Source of the DNA: Pseudomonas aeruginosa | GTDB taxonomy: Bacteria; Pseudomonadota; Gammaproteobacteria; Pseudomonadales; Pseudomonadaceae | DNA: 32,000 bases | Direction: 5' to 3' | Assembly (NCBI RefSeq): GCF_001457615.1 | Contig: NZ_LN831024.1 | Location: 5,100,001-5,132,000 of the forward strand | The notes under the pieces: model-generated | The model's input: only the letters and a program-made list of their open reading frames with translations | What the model was told of the DNA's origin: nothing | The model's database searches: none | Shown here: positions 18,555 to 28,840 of the stretch, in pieces | Layout: every line of letters starts with the position of its first letter | Position numbering within the stretch: position 1 is the first letter of the stretch | Translations under genes and position numbers: made by a program

Positions 18555-20324
18555 TTGACCATGCATCCAGCTTTTCCGCGTAACCAGGCTAGCCTTTCTT
18601 TCCCACCTCCCTCTCCAAAACCTTCCGGCAGTTCCACTTCGATTGTTCCATCCCTCAGGGCCGGACCGCTGCTCCGTACGGGCCTCATGGGAATGGCCAT
18701 GTTGTCGTCCTGCCTTGCCAATGCCGCCCCGGATGCGGGGCAGGCGCTGCGTGACGTGGAAAGCCGACGCCTGAACCTGCCCGCGCCGGTGGAACTGGAC
18801 GCCGAGCGCCCCAGCCCCGAGGACGGCGTATCACGGGCTGCCGAAGAGGGCGGCCCGACGGTGCTGGTCAAGCGCTTCCAACTCAGCGGCAACAGGCAGT
18901 TCGACGATCGACGCCTGCTGGCGCTCCTGCACGACCTGCCGGGCCAGGAACTCAATCTGAGCCAATTGCACGCCGCCGCCGCCCGCATCGGCGATTTCTA
19001 TCAGGAAAAGGGATATGTGCTGGCGCGCGCCTTCCTCCCGGCACAGGAAATCCAGGATGGAACGGTACGCATCGAAGTGCTCGAGGGACGCTACGGCAGG
19101 ATCGAACTGCACAACACGTCCCGAACGCTGGACCGCGTTCTACTCCGCCCCTTGAGCGCACTCGAACGAGATACCGCGGTCCAGGGCTCGGAGCTGGAGC
19201 GTGCGCTTCTGCTCCTGAGCGACATTCCCGGCCTCCAGGCCAAAGGCACCCTGCTGCCGGGCCAGGCGCAGGGAACCACGGACTTGCGCGTCGAGGCCCG
19301 CCCCGGCCCGCTGGTCGGCGGCAGGCTGGAGGCAGACAACTATGGCGGCCGCTACATGGGGGAATATCGCCTGGGAACCACCCTCGACTTCAACAGCCCG
19401 CTGCGACTGGGCGACCAGGCGAGACTGAGCCTGCTGGGCAGCGACCGGCACCAACGCTACTACCGTGCAGCCTATCAACTGCCCCTTGGTTCCCGAGGCA
19501 CGCGCATCGGACTGGCCCACGCCGAGACGACCTATCGACTGGTACGCGATTTCTCGCGCCTGGACGCCCATGGCCGGGCCATTACCGACAGTCTGTTCGT
19601 CAGCCAGCCCCTGCTGCGTAGCCGCAGCTTAAGCCTGTCCACCCAGTTGCAATATGAAAACAAGCGACTTCGCGATGACCAGGAGCGTACCGGGAGGCAT
19701 AGCCGCAAGGAGATCCGCCTGTGGACCGCCAGCATCAGCGGAAACGCCCAGGACCGCTTGTTCGGCGGTGGACAGAGCGGCTTCTCGCTGGCCTATGCCC
19801 ACGGCCAGCTCGCCATCGACTCCGGCGAAGAGCGGCTGCTGGACCGCTACACCATCGGTACCGCCGGCAGCTTCGACAAGATCATGCTCAACGCCGTACG
19901 CCTGCAGCACCTGGGCGACCGCCTGCAGTTGTTCGCCCAACTCAACGCCCAGTGGAGCGGCGGCAACCTCGACAGCGCGGAACAGTTCGACATGGGCGGC
20001 CCCTACGGCGTTCGGGCGTTCCCCCTGGGCAGCTACAAGGGCTACGGCGACGAAGGCTGGCAAGCCAGTGCGGAGCTGCGCTACAGCCTGGCTCCGGGCT
20101 GGCAGCTGAGTTCGTTCGTCGACCAGGGCGCGGTGAAATTCCTCAAGCACCCCAACACCACGGAAGGCAATCGCAACCGCATGGCCGCCGTCGGCAGCGG
20201 CGCAACCTGGTACGGAACGGATCACCAGGTCAGCCTGACCGCCGCCTGGCCCCTGAGCCAGGAAAACAACATCGAGCCCGAGCGCACTCCCCGGCTGTGG
20301 TTGCAAGCGACCCGCTACTTCTGA
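18555..20324 (+). CDS. lepB: Two-partner secretion outer-membrane transporter (TpsB, ShlB/FhaC family), LepB
   Basis: 589-aa ORF. POTRA-like region (VLVKRFQLSGN…IEVLEGRYGRIEL). The beta-barrel ends in the OMP signature …ATRYF. The start is uncertain: TTG at 18555 or ATG at 18561. The only plausible signal h-region (LMGMAMLSSCLANA|APD) begins about 40 aa downstream. Confidence 0.85.
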   Translation: MTMHPAFPRNQASLSFPPPSPKPSGSSTSIVPSLRAGPLLRTGLMGMAMLSSCLANAAPDAGQALRDVESRRLNLPAPVELDAERPSPEDGVSRAAEEGGPTVLVKRFQLSGNRQFDDRRLLALLHDLPGQELNLSQLHAAAARIGDFYQEKGYVLARAFLPAQEIQDGTVRIEVLEGRYGRIELHNTSRTLDRVLLRPLSALERDTAVQGSELERALLLLSDIPGLQAKGTLLPGQAQGTTDLRVEARPGPLVGGRLEADNYGGRYMGEYRLGTTLDFNSPLRLGDQARLSLLGSDRHQRYYRAAYQLPLGSRGTRIGLAHAETTYRLVRDFSRLDAHGRAITDSLFVSQPLLRSRSLSLSTQLQYENKRLRDDQERTGRHSRKEIRLWTASISGNAQDRLFGGGQSGFSLAYAHGQLAIDSGEERLLDRYTIGTAGSFDKIMLNAVRLQHLGDRLQLFAQLNAQWSGGNLDSAEQFDMGGPYGVRAFPLGSYKGYGDEGWQASAELRYSLAPGWQLSSFVDQGAVKFLKHPNTTEGNRNRMAAVGSGATWYGTDHQVSLTAAWPLSQENNIEPERTPRLWLQATRYF

Positions 20325-20372
20325 GCAAGCTCCCGCCCGCCATGCCGGCGGGCCCCACTGAAAGGAAAAGCC

Positions 20373-23300
20373 ATGAACAAGAGCTATACGCTGGTCTGGA
20401 ACCAGGCCACAGGCTGTTGGAACGTCGCAAGCGAAGGTACCCGTCGGCGCAGCAAGAGCGGACGCGGCAAGGCGCTCGTAGTCGCCGGAGCGTCACTGCT
20501 CGGCCTGTTCTGCCAGGCCCCCGCCTTCGCCCTGCCCAGCGGCGCCACGGTCGTTTCAGGCGATGCCGGATTCCAGACATCCACCGATGGCCGGCATATG
20601 GTCATCGACCAGCAGAGCCACAAGCTGATCACCAATTGGAACGAGTTCAGCGTCCGTGCCGATGAGCGGGTCAGCTTCCACCAGCCGGGCCAGGACGCCG
20701 TCGCCCTGAACCGGGTGATCGGCCGCAACGGCAGCGATATCCAGGGGCGGATAGATGCCAACGGCAAGGTCTTCCTGGTCAATCCCAACGGCGTGGTCTT
20801 CGGCAAGTCCGCCCAGGTCAATGTAGGCGGCCTGGTGGCTTCCACCCTGGACCTGGCCGACAGGGACTTCCTCGCCGGCAACTACCAGTTCTCCGGCGAC
20901 TCCGGCGCAACCGTAAGCAATGCCGGCAGCCTGCAAGCCAGCGAAGGCGGCAGCATCGCCCTGCTGGGCGCCCGGGTCAGCAACGACGGCGTGATCCAGG
21001 CGCAACTCGGCGACGTGGCCCTGGGCGCAGGCCAGGGCATCAACCTCAATTTCGACGGCGACGGCCTGCTCAACCTGCAGGTGGACAAGGGCTCGGTCGA
21101 CGCTCTCGCACACAACGGCGGCCTCATCCGCGCCGATGGCGGCCAGGTGCTGATGAGCGCCCGCAGCGCCGACAGCCTGCTCAAGACCGTCGTCAACAAC
21201 CAGGGCACTCTCGAGGCCAGGACGCTACGCAGCGCGGAAGGACGCATCGTCCTCGACGGCGGCGAACAGGGTACCGTGCGGGTGGCCGGCAAGCAGGACG
21301 CCAGCGCCATCGGCGGAGGCAATGGCGGCCTGGTGCTGAACCAGGGCGCGAACGTCGAGATACAGCGAACCGCGCAGGTGGACACCCATGCCGACCAGGG
21401 CGCAACCGGCACCTGGAGGATTCTCTCGCACGAGGTCAGCGTAGCCGCTGTCGGCCAGGCAAACGCTGCCGGTGATGGTTCCGGCCAGGTCCATGTAGCG
21501 CAGGGCCCAGCCGGGGCCAATGCGTCCGATAGCAACGGCGTGACCATCGTTCAGCAGCAGCCGGCCGTCGACCTCGCCGCCGGCGCCAACGGTACCTCCG
21601 CAGTGCAGAGCCAGAGCGGCGCCAACATCGGCTCGGGCGCCAGTGGCATCAGCGTCGTGCAAAGCCAGAATGGCGCCAATATCGGCGCCGGCGCGAGTGG
21701 CATCAGCGTCGTGCAGAGCCAGAACAGCCCCAATATCGGCTCGGGCGCCAATGGCATCAGCGTCGTGCAAAGCCAGAATGGCGCCAATATCGGCGCCGGC
21801 GCGAGTGGCATCAGCGTCGTGCAGAGCCAGAACAGCCCCAATATCGGCTCGGGCGTCAATGGCGTGACTGTCGTGCAGAGCCAGAACGGTGCCAATATCG
21901 GTTCGGGCGCAAGTGGCATCAGCGTTGTGCAAAGCCAGAATGGCGCAAATATCGGTTCAGGCGCGAGTGGCATCAGCGTCGTGCAGAGCCAGAGCGGCCC
22001 CAGCATCGGCTCGGGCGTCAATGGCGTCACAATCGTGCAGAGCCAGAGCGGTGCCAACATCGGCCCCGGCGTCAACGGAATCGATGTCGTCCAGACCCAG
22101 ACTCTCCCCAACCTGAGCCCAGGCGCCAATGGCTCCAGCATCGTCCAGGTCCAGACGCTACCCGATATCGCCGCCGACGCCGGCAATGTGCATGTCGTCC
22201 AGGTCCAGACCGGCGGTAACAAGGTCTTCGGCAATTCCGCCACCAACGTCAGGTCACGTACCGTTCAGGCCCGGAGCAGCGAGAATGTCGGTTCCGGCCT
22301 GGCGAATCCAAGCAGCGCGGGAAAAGGCCCGACGCTGCATGCCGATACCCTGGCCCGCAACCTTTCCACAAGCAACGTCGAAGTGGTCGCCACCCGGGGC
22401 AACGCGCATGTCGGCGCGCCGCTGTCCTGGGACAGCGGCAACGGCCTGACGCTAACCGCCGAGCGCGGGGACCTCAGGATCAATGGCGCGCTGACGGCCC
22501 AGGGGGAAAACGCCAGCCTTACTCTCAATGCCGGGCAGCGCCCTCTCCGTATCGACGACAGCCTCTCTCTCACTGGCCAGGGAGCCCGGGTCGAATTCAA
22601 TTCGGACAAGGGTTATGCCCTGGCCGAAGGCGCCCGGATCACTCTGTCCGGCAAGAACGCAGGATTCCACGCCAATGGGCGGGACTACAGCGTGATCCAG
22701 GACCTGCAGCAGTTGCGCGGCATCGATAGGGACCTGGGCGGCAGCTATGTCCTCGGCAATCGAATCGCAGGCGGCAACTCCAGCTTCCTGTCGATAGGCA
22801 ACGCCAGCGCCTTCGGCGGTACCTTCGACGGCCTGGGCAACACCATCGATAATCTCGCCGTCTACGGCACCGGCGCCTACTCCGGCCTGTTCAGCGTCAA
22901 CCGGGGCACCCTTCGCAACCTGAACCTGGAACGCATTTCCGCCGATGGAGCACGGGCCACCCACTACAACGTCCAGGTCGGTAGCCTGGCCGCCGTCAAC
23001 CTCGGTCGCATCGACAATGTGAACGCCAGCGACATCCGTATCGCCGCGGCCTCGCAGCTGAACAGCCTCGGCGGGCTGGTCGCGCTGAACCTGGGCAGCA
23101 TCGACAACGCCAGCGCCAGCGGCACGCTGGTCGGCAACCGCCAAACCTATGCTCTGGGCGGACTCGCAGCCGAAAACATCAGCACAGCCAGGGGCGTGGC
23201 CAGCATCTCCAACAGCCGGGCCGATTTTGCCATCTCCGGCCAGTTGAAGCACCATGCCAGCCACTACGGCGCGGGGGGCCTGGTAGGCAGGAACCGCGGC

Positions 23301-24680
23301 GGCCTCATCCGCAGCAGCGGCAGTCAGGGAACGCTGTCGCTGAGCGGTCACGGGATGAACCTGGGAGGACTGGTCGGATACAGCTCCGCCGGCGGACTGG
23401 CGGACGTATCCGCCTCCGTCGACGTCTCAGGCAACGGACAGCACGGCCTGTACGGAGGGCTCATCGGCCTCAACGTAAACAGTGGTATCGCCCACGCCAC
23501 GGCCAGCGGCAAGGTCCGGGGCACAGACGCGGAAGCACTGGGCGGGCTGATCGGCCGGAACCTGAACGCGGCCATCAACAACGCCAGCGCCCATGGCGAT
23601 GTCAGCCTGCAAGCCGGTCGCTACCTGGGAGGCCTGATCGGCCACAACCAGGCAGGCAACCTGGCCAACGTCAGTGCCAGCGGCAACCTGAGTGGTGGGT
23701 CGCTGCTTCAGGCCGGCGGCCTGATCGGTCTCAACGCCAATGCCTCGCTGGTCAATGCCTCCGCCAAGGGCAATGTCGCTACCCGCGGAGCAGAAGCGGT
23801 TGGCGGTCTGCTCGGCGAAAACCTGTACGGCTCCGTCATCAACGGTTCCGCCAGTGGCGAAGTCACCGACGGCAGCGGCAAAACCCTGGGTGGCCTGATA
23901 GGATCCAACCTCGGCGGCAATCATTCCAACCTGAAGGCCTCCGGGTGGGTAAACGCAGGGGCGAACAGTGACGTGGGAGGGCTGATCGGCCACAACCGGG
24001 GCGGCAACCACAGCACCCTGGCGGCATCCGGCAATGTCACCGGGGGCAAGGGCAGTCGCGTCGGCGGACTCGTCGGCTATAACGATGCCGCCTCGCTGAC
24101 GAACGTCTCGGCTTCGGGCAACGTCAGCGCCAGTGGTTCCAGGGCCATCGGCGGGTTGATCGGCAGTGACCTGCGAGGTTCGCTGATGCTCGCCAGCAGT
24201 CATGGAATCGTGAACGACAAGACCGGCCACAACCTGGGAGGGTTGGTCGGCCGCGGTGAAAACACCTCGATCCGCTCCGCCAAGGCCAGCGGTGCGGTGA
24301 GCGGAGGCGCCGGGATCAGGGCCGGCGGACTGGTCGGCTCCCTGGAGGGCTGGCAGGCTCTCATCCTGGGGGGCTCGGCCGGCGGCGATGTGACGGCGGG
24401 CTACGACAGCTATATTGGCGGGCTGGTGGGCTTCAGCACCGCCACCATCAGCGGCGCTTCCGCTTCCGGCAAGGTCGGAGGCTCGGGTCTGCTGGGCGGC
24501 CTGGTCGCCTGGAACCAGGGGAATGTCATGGGTTCTTCGGCCAGCGGCAGGCTGGAGCCACAAATCCCCAACCAGATCCATGGCGGACTGATCGGCATCA
24601 ATTTTGGCTGGCAGTCCTGGAACTCGGTATACGAGGCTGCGGCGACCGTTCCAATGATAGGTCGCCACTACAACCTGTGA
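20373..24680 (+). CDS. lepA: Two-partner secretion exoprotein (TpsA), LepA large exoprotein
   Basis: 1435 aa. The N-terminus has the extended signal peptide motif MNKSYTLVWNQATGCWNVASE. A TPS/haemagglutination-activity domain follows, with NPNGVVFG (roughly aa 55-300). Next come an 18-aa tandem array and about 20 GGL(I/V)G (GLUG-like) repeats. The gene sits directly downstream of the TpsB gene. Confidence 0.9.
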   Translation: MNKSYTLVWNQATGCWNVASEGTRRRSKSGRGKALVVAGASLLGLFCQAPAFALPSGATVVSGDAGFQTSTDGRHMVIDQQSHKLITNWNEFSVRADERVSFHQPGQDAVALNRVIGRNGSDIQGRIDANGKVFLVNPNGVVFGKSAQVNVGGLVASTLDLADRDFLAGNYQFSGDSGATVSNAGSLQASEGGSIALLGARVSNDGVIQAQLGDVALGAGQGINLNFDGDGLLNLQVDKGSVDALAHNGGLIRADGGQVLMSARSADSLLKTVVNNQGTLEARTLRSAEGRIVLDGGEQGTVRVAGKQDASAIGGGNGGLVLNQGANVEIQRTAQVDTHADQGATGTWRILSHEVSVAAVGQANAAGDGSGQVHVAQGPAGANASDSNGVTIVQQQPAVDLAAGANGTSAVQSQSGANIGSGASGISVVQSQNGANIGAGASGISVVQSQNSPNIGSGANGISVVQSQNGANIGAGASGISVVQSQNSPNIGSGVNGVTVVQSQNGANIGSGASGISVVQSQNGANIGSGASGISVVQSQSGPSIGSGVNGVTIVQSQSGANIGPGVNGIDVVQTQTLPNLSPGANGSSIVQVQTLPDIAADAGNVHVVQVQTGGNKVFGNSATNVRSRTVQARSSENVGSGLANPSSAGKGPTLHADTLARNLSTSNVEVVATRGNAHVGAPLSWDSGNGLTLTAERGDLRINGALTAQGENASLTLNAGQRPLRIDDSLSLTGQGARVEFNSDKGYALAEGARITLSGKNAGFHANGRDYSVIQDLQQLRGIDRDLGGSYVLGNRIAGGNSSFLSIGNASAFGGTFDGLGNTIDNLAVYGTGAYSGLFSVNRGTLRNLNLERISADGARATHYNVQVGSLAAVNLGRIDNVNASDIRIAAASQLNSLGGLVALNLGSIDNASASGTLVGNRQTYALGGLAAENISTARGVASISNSRADFAISGQLKHHASHYGAGGLVGRNRGGLIRSSGSQGTLSLSGHGMNLGGLVGYSSAGGLADVSASVDVSGNGQHGLYGGLIGLNVNSGIAHATASGKVRGTDAEALGGLIGRNLNAAINNASAHGDVSLQAGRYLGGLIGHNQAGNLANVSASGNLSGGSLLQAGGLIGLNANASLVNASAKGNVATRGAEAVGGLLGENLYGSVINGSASGEVTDGSGKTLGGLIGSNLGGNHSNLKASGWVNAGANSDVGGLIGHNRGGNHSTLAASGNVTGGKGSRVGGLVGYNDAASLTNVSASGNVSASGSRAIGGLIGSDLRGSLMLASSHGIVNDKTGHNLGGLVGRGENTSIRSAKASGAVSGGAGIRAGGLVGSLEGWQALILGGSAGGDVTAGYDSYIGGLVGFSTATISGASASGKVGGSGLLGGLVAWNQGNVMGSSASGRLEPQIPNQIHGGLIGINFGWQSWNSVYEAAATVPMIGRHYNL
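21507..22211 (+). repeat. 13 tandem 54-bp (18-aa) in-frame repeats inside lepA
   Basis: The consensus unit is GANIGSGASGISVVQSQN. Units are degenerate at both ends and nearly identical at 21618-21995. 21644-21747 and 21752-21855 are a perfect 104-bp copy pair at a 108-bp (two-unit) offset, which I verified base by base. Confidence 0.95.
22860..24608 (+). repeat. About 20 degenerate ~29-aa GLUG-type repeats (GGLxG…N.SASG.V) in the LepA C-terminal half
   Basis: GGL(I/V)G recurs at aa 899, 929, 968, 998, 1028, 1057, 1086, 1115, 1144, 1173, 1202, 1231, 1260, 1289, 1318, 1349, 1375 and 1404. The repeats are protein-level only; the DNA copies are divergent. Confidence 0.8.
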
Positions 24681-24867
24681 ATCGATTCTCCCGGTACCCG
24701 TACCGGGAGGCTTCCTGTTCGATGGAGCGGCCGGGCCTCAGGGCCCGCCGCCTCCAGACGCTCGATGAATGCCATGCGGGAAGGCCAGGCGTCGGAGAAA
24801 CAGGGCTGGAAGAGCGGCCCCTCCTCCTTCCCACAGGCCAGCATTCGGAAAATAAGGGTACAGAAAC

Positions 24868-24898
24868 GAAAAAGCCCACCTTCGCAGGTGGGCTTTTT
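24868..24898. terminator. Bidirectional rho-independent terminator (lepA on +, tRNA operon on -)
   Basis: GAAAAA-GCCCACC-ttcgca-GGTGGGC-TTTTT. Confidence 0.8.
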
Positions 24899-24909
24899 CG
24901 TCTTGAATA

Positions 24910-24985
24910 TGGTGGGTCGTGTAGGATTCGAACCTACGACCAATTGGTTAAAAGCCAACTGCTCTACCGACTGAGCTAACGACCC
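24910..24985 (-). tRNA. tRNA-Lys (anticodon UUU)
   Basis: The reverse complement is GGGTCGTTAGCTCAGTCGGTAGAGCAGTTGGCTTTTAACCAATTGGTCGTAGGTTCGAATCCTACACGACCCACCA. Acceptor stem GGGTCGT/ACGACCC, anticodon loop CTTTTAA. Confidence 0.95.
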
Positions 24986-24995
24986 AAGTATGAGG

Positions 24996-25072
24996 TGGTC
25001 GGGGTAGAGAGATTCGAACTCCCGACATCCTGCTCCCAAAGCAGGCGCGCTACCGGACTGCGCTATACCCCG
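24996..25072 (-). tRNA. tRNA-Pro (anticodon UGG)
   Basis: The reverse complement is CGGGGTATAGCGCAGTCCGGTAGCGCGCCTGCTTTGGGAGCAGGATGTCGGGAGTTCGAATCTCTCTACCCCGACCA. Anticodon stem CCTGC/GCAGG, anticodon loop TTTGGGA. Confidence 0.95.
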
Positions 25073-25081
25073 ATTGGAAGT

Positions 25082-25157
25082 TGGCTCCGCGACCTGGACT
25101 CGAACCAGGGACCCAATGATTAACAGTCATTTGCTCTACCGACTGAGCTATCGCGGA
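25082..25157 (-). tRNA. tRNA-Asn (anticodon GUU)
   Basis: The reverse complement is TCCGCGATAGCTCAGTCGGTAGAGCAAATGACTGTTAATCATTGGGTCCCTGGTTCGAGTCCAGGTCGCGGAGCCA. Anticodon loop CTGTTAA. Confidence 0.95.
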
Positions 25158-25219
25158 ACGTCTTTCTTCCAACCCTGGACGCTTCCGGTGTTGCTGGATT
25201 CGCGTCTCAGAGGCGCGCC

Positions 25220-25280
25220 ATTTTACGGATGCGCGCGGGCATGTCAACCCTCTGATCCAAAAAGTTTTTCTTCTTTTTCC
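25220..25280 (-). promoter_or_regulatory. Strong sigma70 promoter with UP-like element for the tRNA-Asn/Pro/Lys operon
   Basis: The minus strand reads ggaaaaagaagaaaaactttttggatcagagg-gTTGACA-N16-TAAAAT-ggcgcgcc. That is a consensus -35, a 5/6 -10, an A/T-rich upstream element and a GC-rich discriminator. It lies about 60 nt upstream of tRNA-Asn. Confidence 0.65.
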
Positions 25281-25344
25281 ACGAGCGACAAAACGGCCCT
25301 TCCACTGCATGCGGCAGCGCTCTCGCGCCTACCGGACGCCCATG

Positions 25345-25367
25345 AAAAAGCCCCGCCGAAGCGGGGC
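25345..25367 (-). terminator. clpB rho-independent terminator
   Basis: The minus strand reads GCCCCGC-ttcg-GCGGGGC-TTTTTC. The hairpin starts 24 nt after the clpB stop. Confidence 0.8.
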
Positions 25368-25391
25368 TTTCCCTGTCCGCCCCCGAAGAGG

Positions 25392-27956
<2,565 letters not shown>

Positions 27957-28034
27957 GGGTCGTCCTTCCTTCTATAGAGCGGGCCGGAACGATGGGTGTC
28001 CCTGATGAAGAAAAGCCCGCCGAGATGACTCAGT

Positions 28035-28062
28035 AGATAAGGGCGATTTTCCGCGGTTCAAG
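28035..28062 (-). promoter_or_regulatory. Candidate sigma-32 heat-shock promoter of clpB
   Basis: The minus strand reads CTTGAA-N13-CCCTTATCT, compared with the consensus CTTGAA-N13-15-CCCCATnT. It lies about 80 nt upstream of the clpB ATG. Confidence 0.5.
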
Positions 28063-28111
28063 CGACCGGACCGTGACATCGGTCAGTTGCCGCCGGATAA
28101 CCTGCGCGGGC

Positions 28112-28840
28112 CTAGTCCTGGAGCCAGACCAGGCTGGCAAAACGGCCGGTACGCGACGAGCGGCGGTAGGAATAGAAGCGCGCGGTATCGCTGAAGGTGC
28201 AGAAGCCACCGCCATGCACGGCGGTGACGCCATGGGCGCCCAGGCGGATCCGCGCGAGTCGGTAGATGTCGGCCATGAAGCGGCCCGGATTGGCGCTAGG
28301 TACGAAAGCCGAGCGCGCCTCGGCGTGCGCAGCGACGAATGCATCGCGGACCTCGCCGCCGACCTCGAAGGCCTGCGGGCCGATCGCCGGCCCCAGCCAG
28401 ACCAGCAGTTCGTCGCCGGGCACGCCCAGGCTGTCCACCGTCGCCTCCAGCACGCCCGCCGCCAGCCCGCGCCAGCCGGCATGGGCCGCGGCCACGCGGG
28501 TGCCCGAGCGGTCGCAGAACAACGCCGGCAGGCAGTCGGCGGTCATGATCGTACAGGCAACGCCCGGCATCGCGCTCCAGCTGGCGTCGGCCCTCGGCAC
28601 CCGGCTCGGGTCGGCCTCCACCACCGTCACTCCGTGCACCTGTTCCAACCAGCTCGGCCGGCATTCCAGGCGCTCGGTCAGGCGTCGGCGGTTTTCTTCC
28701 ACGGCGCGCGGATCGTCGTCGACGTGGGCGCCAAGGTTCAGACTGTCGAAGGGTGCCTGGCTGACCCCGCCACTGCGCGTGGTCACGCAGGCCCGCACAC
28801 GGGCCGGCGCCGGCCAGTCGGGGGTCAGCCAGGCGTTCAT
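28112..28840 (-). CDS. pgeF: YfiH/PgeF-family (DUF152) purine nucleoside phosphorylase / peptidoglycan editing factor
   Basis: ATG at 28840 (MNAWLTPDWPAPARV...) in an ATGA overlap with the rluD stop. The motifs TADCLP and HAGWRG are present. The track ORF has a 25-aa spurious extension. Confidence 0.85.
   Translation of the reverse strand: MNAWLTPDWPAPARVRACVTTRSGGVSQAPFDSLNLGAHVDDDPRAVEENRRRLTERLECRPSWLEQVHGVTVVEADPSRVPRADASWSAMPGVACTIMTADCLPALFCDRSGTRVAAAHAGWRGLAAGVLEATVDSLGVPGDELLVWLGPAIGPQAFEVGGEVRDAFVAAHAEARSAFVPSANPGRFMADIYRLARIRLGAHGVTAVHGGGFCTFSDTARFYSYRRSSRTGRFASLVWLQD

Noticed and set aside
18208-18558. A 116-aa ORF in the lepB upstream region.
   Set aside because: It has no SD and an odd composition (R/P/S-rich) without GC3 bias. 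It most likely reflects chance in a non-coding leader, and I kept the region as a regulatory question instead.
21507-22211. Regularly spaced 54-bp repeats, considered as a CRISPR-like array. The antisense ORFs 21225-21932 and 21551-22246 were considered as genes.
   Set aside because: The repeats are contiguous, with no spacers. They are in frame within a long CDS and conserved at the protein level. The antisense ORFs are repeat-generated artefacts.
18555-24680. lepB-lepA as a contact-dependent inhibition (CdiB/CdiA/CdiI) toxin system.
   Set aside because: There is no VENN-type pretoxin boundary, no variable C-terminal toxin domain (the GLUG repeats run to the end), and no immunity ORF downstream.
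24668-25039. Small ORFs immediately downstream of lepA (24677-24979 on +, 24668-25039 on -). I considered them as a possible immunity or partner gene of the TpsA.
   Set aside because: Both run through the terminator and the tRNA-Lys/Pro genes. They have no SD, and their sequence is dictated by the tRNA and hairpin sequence.
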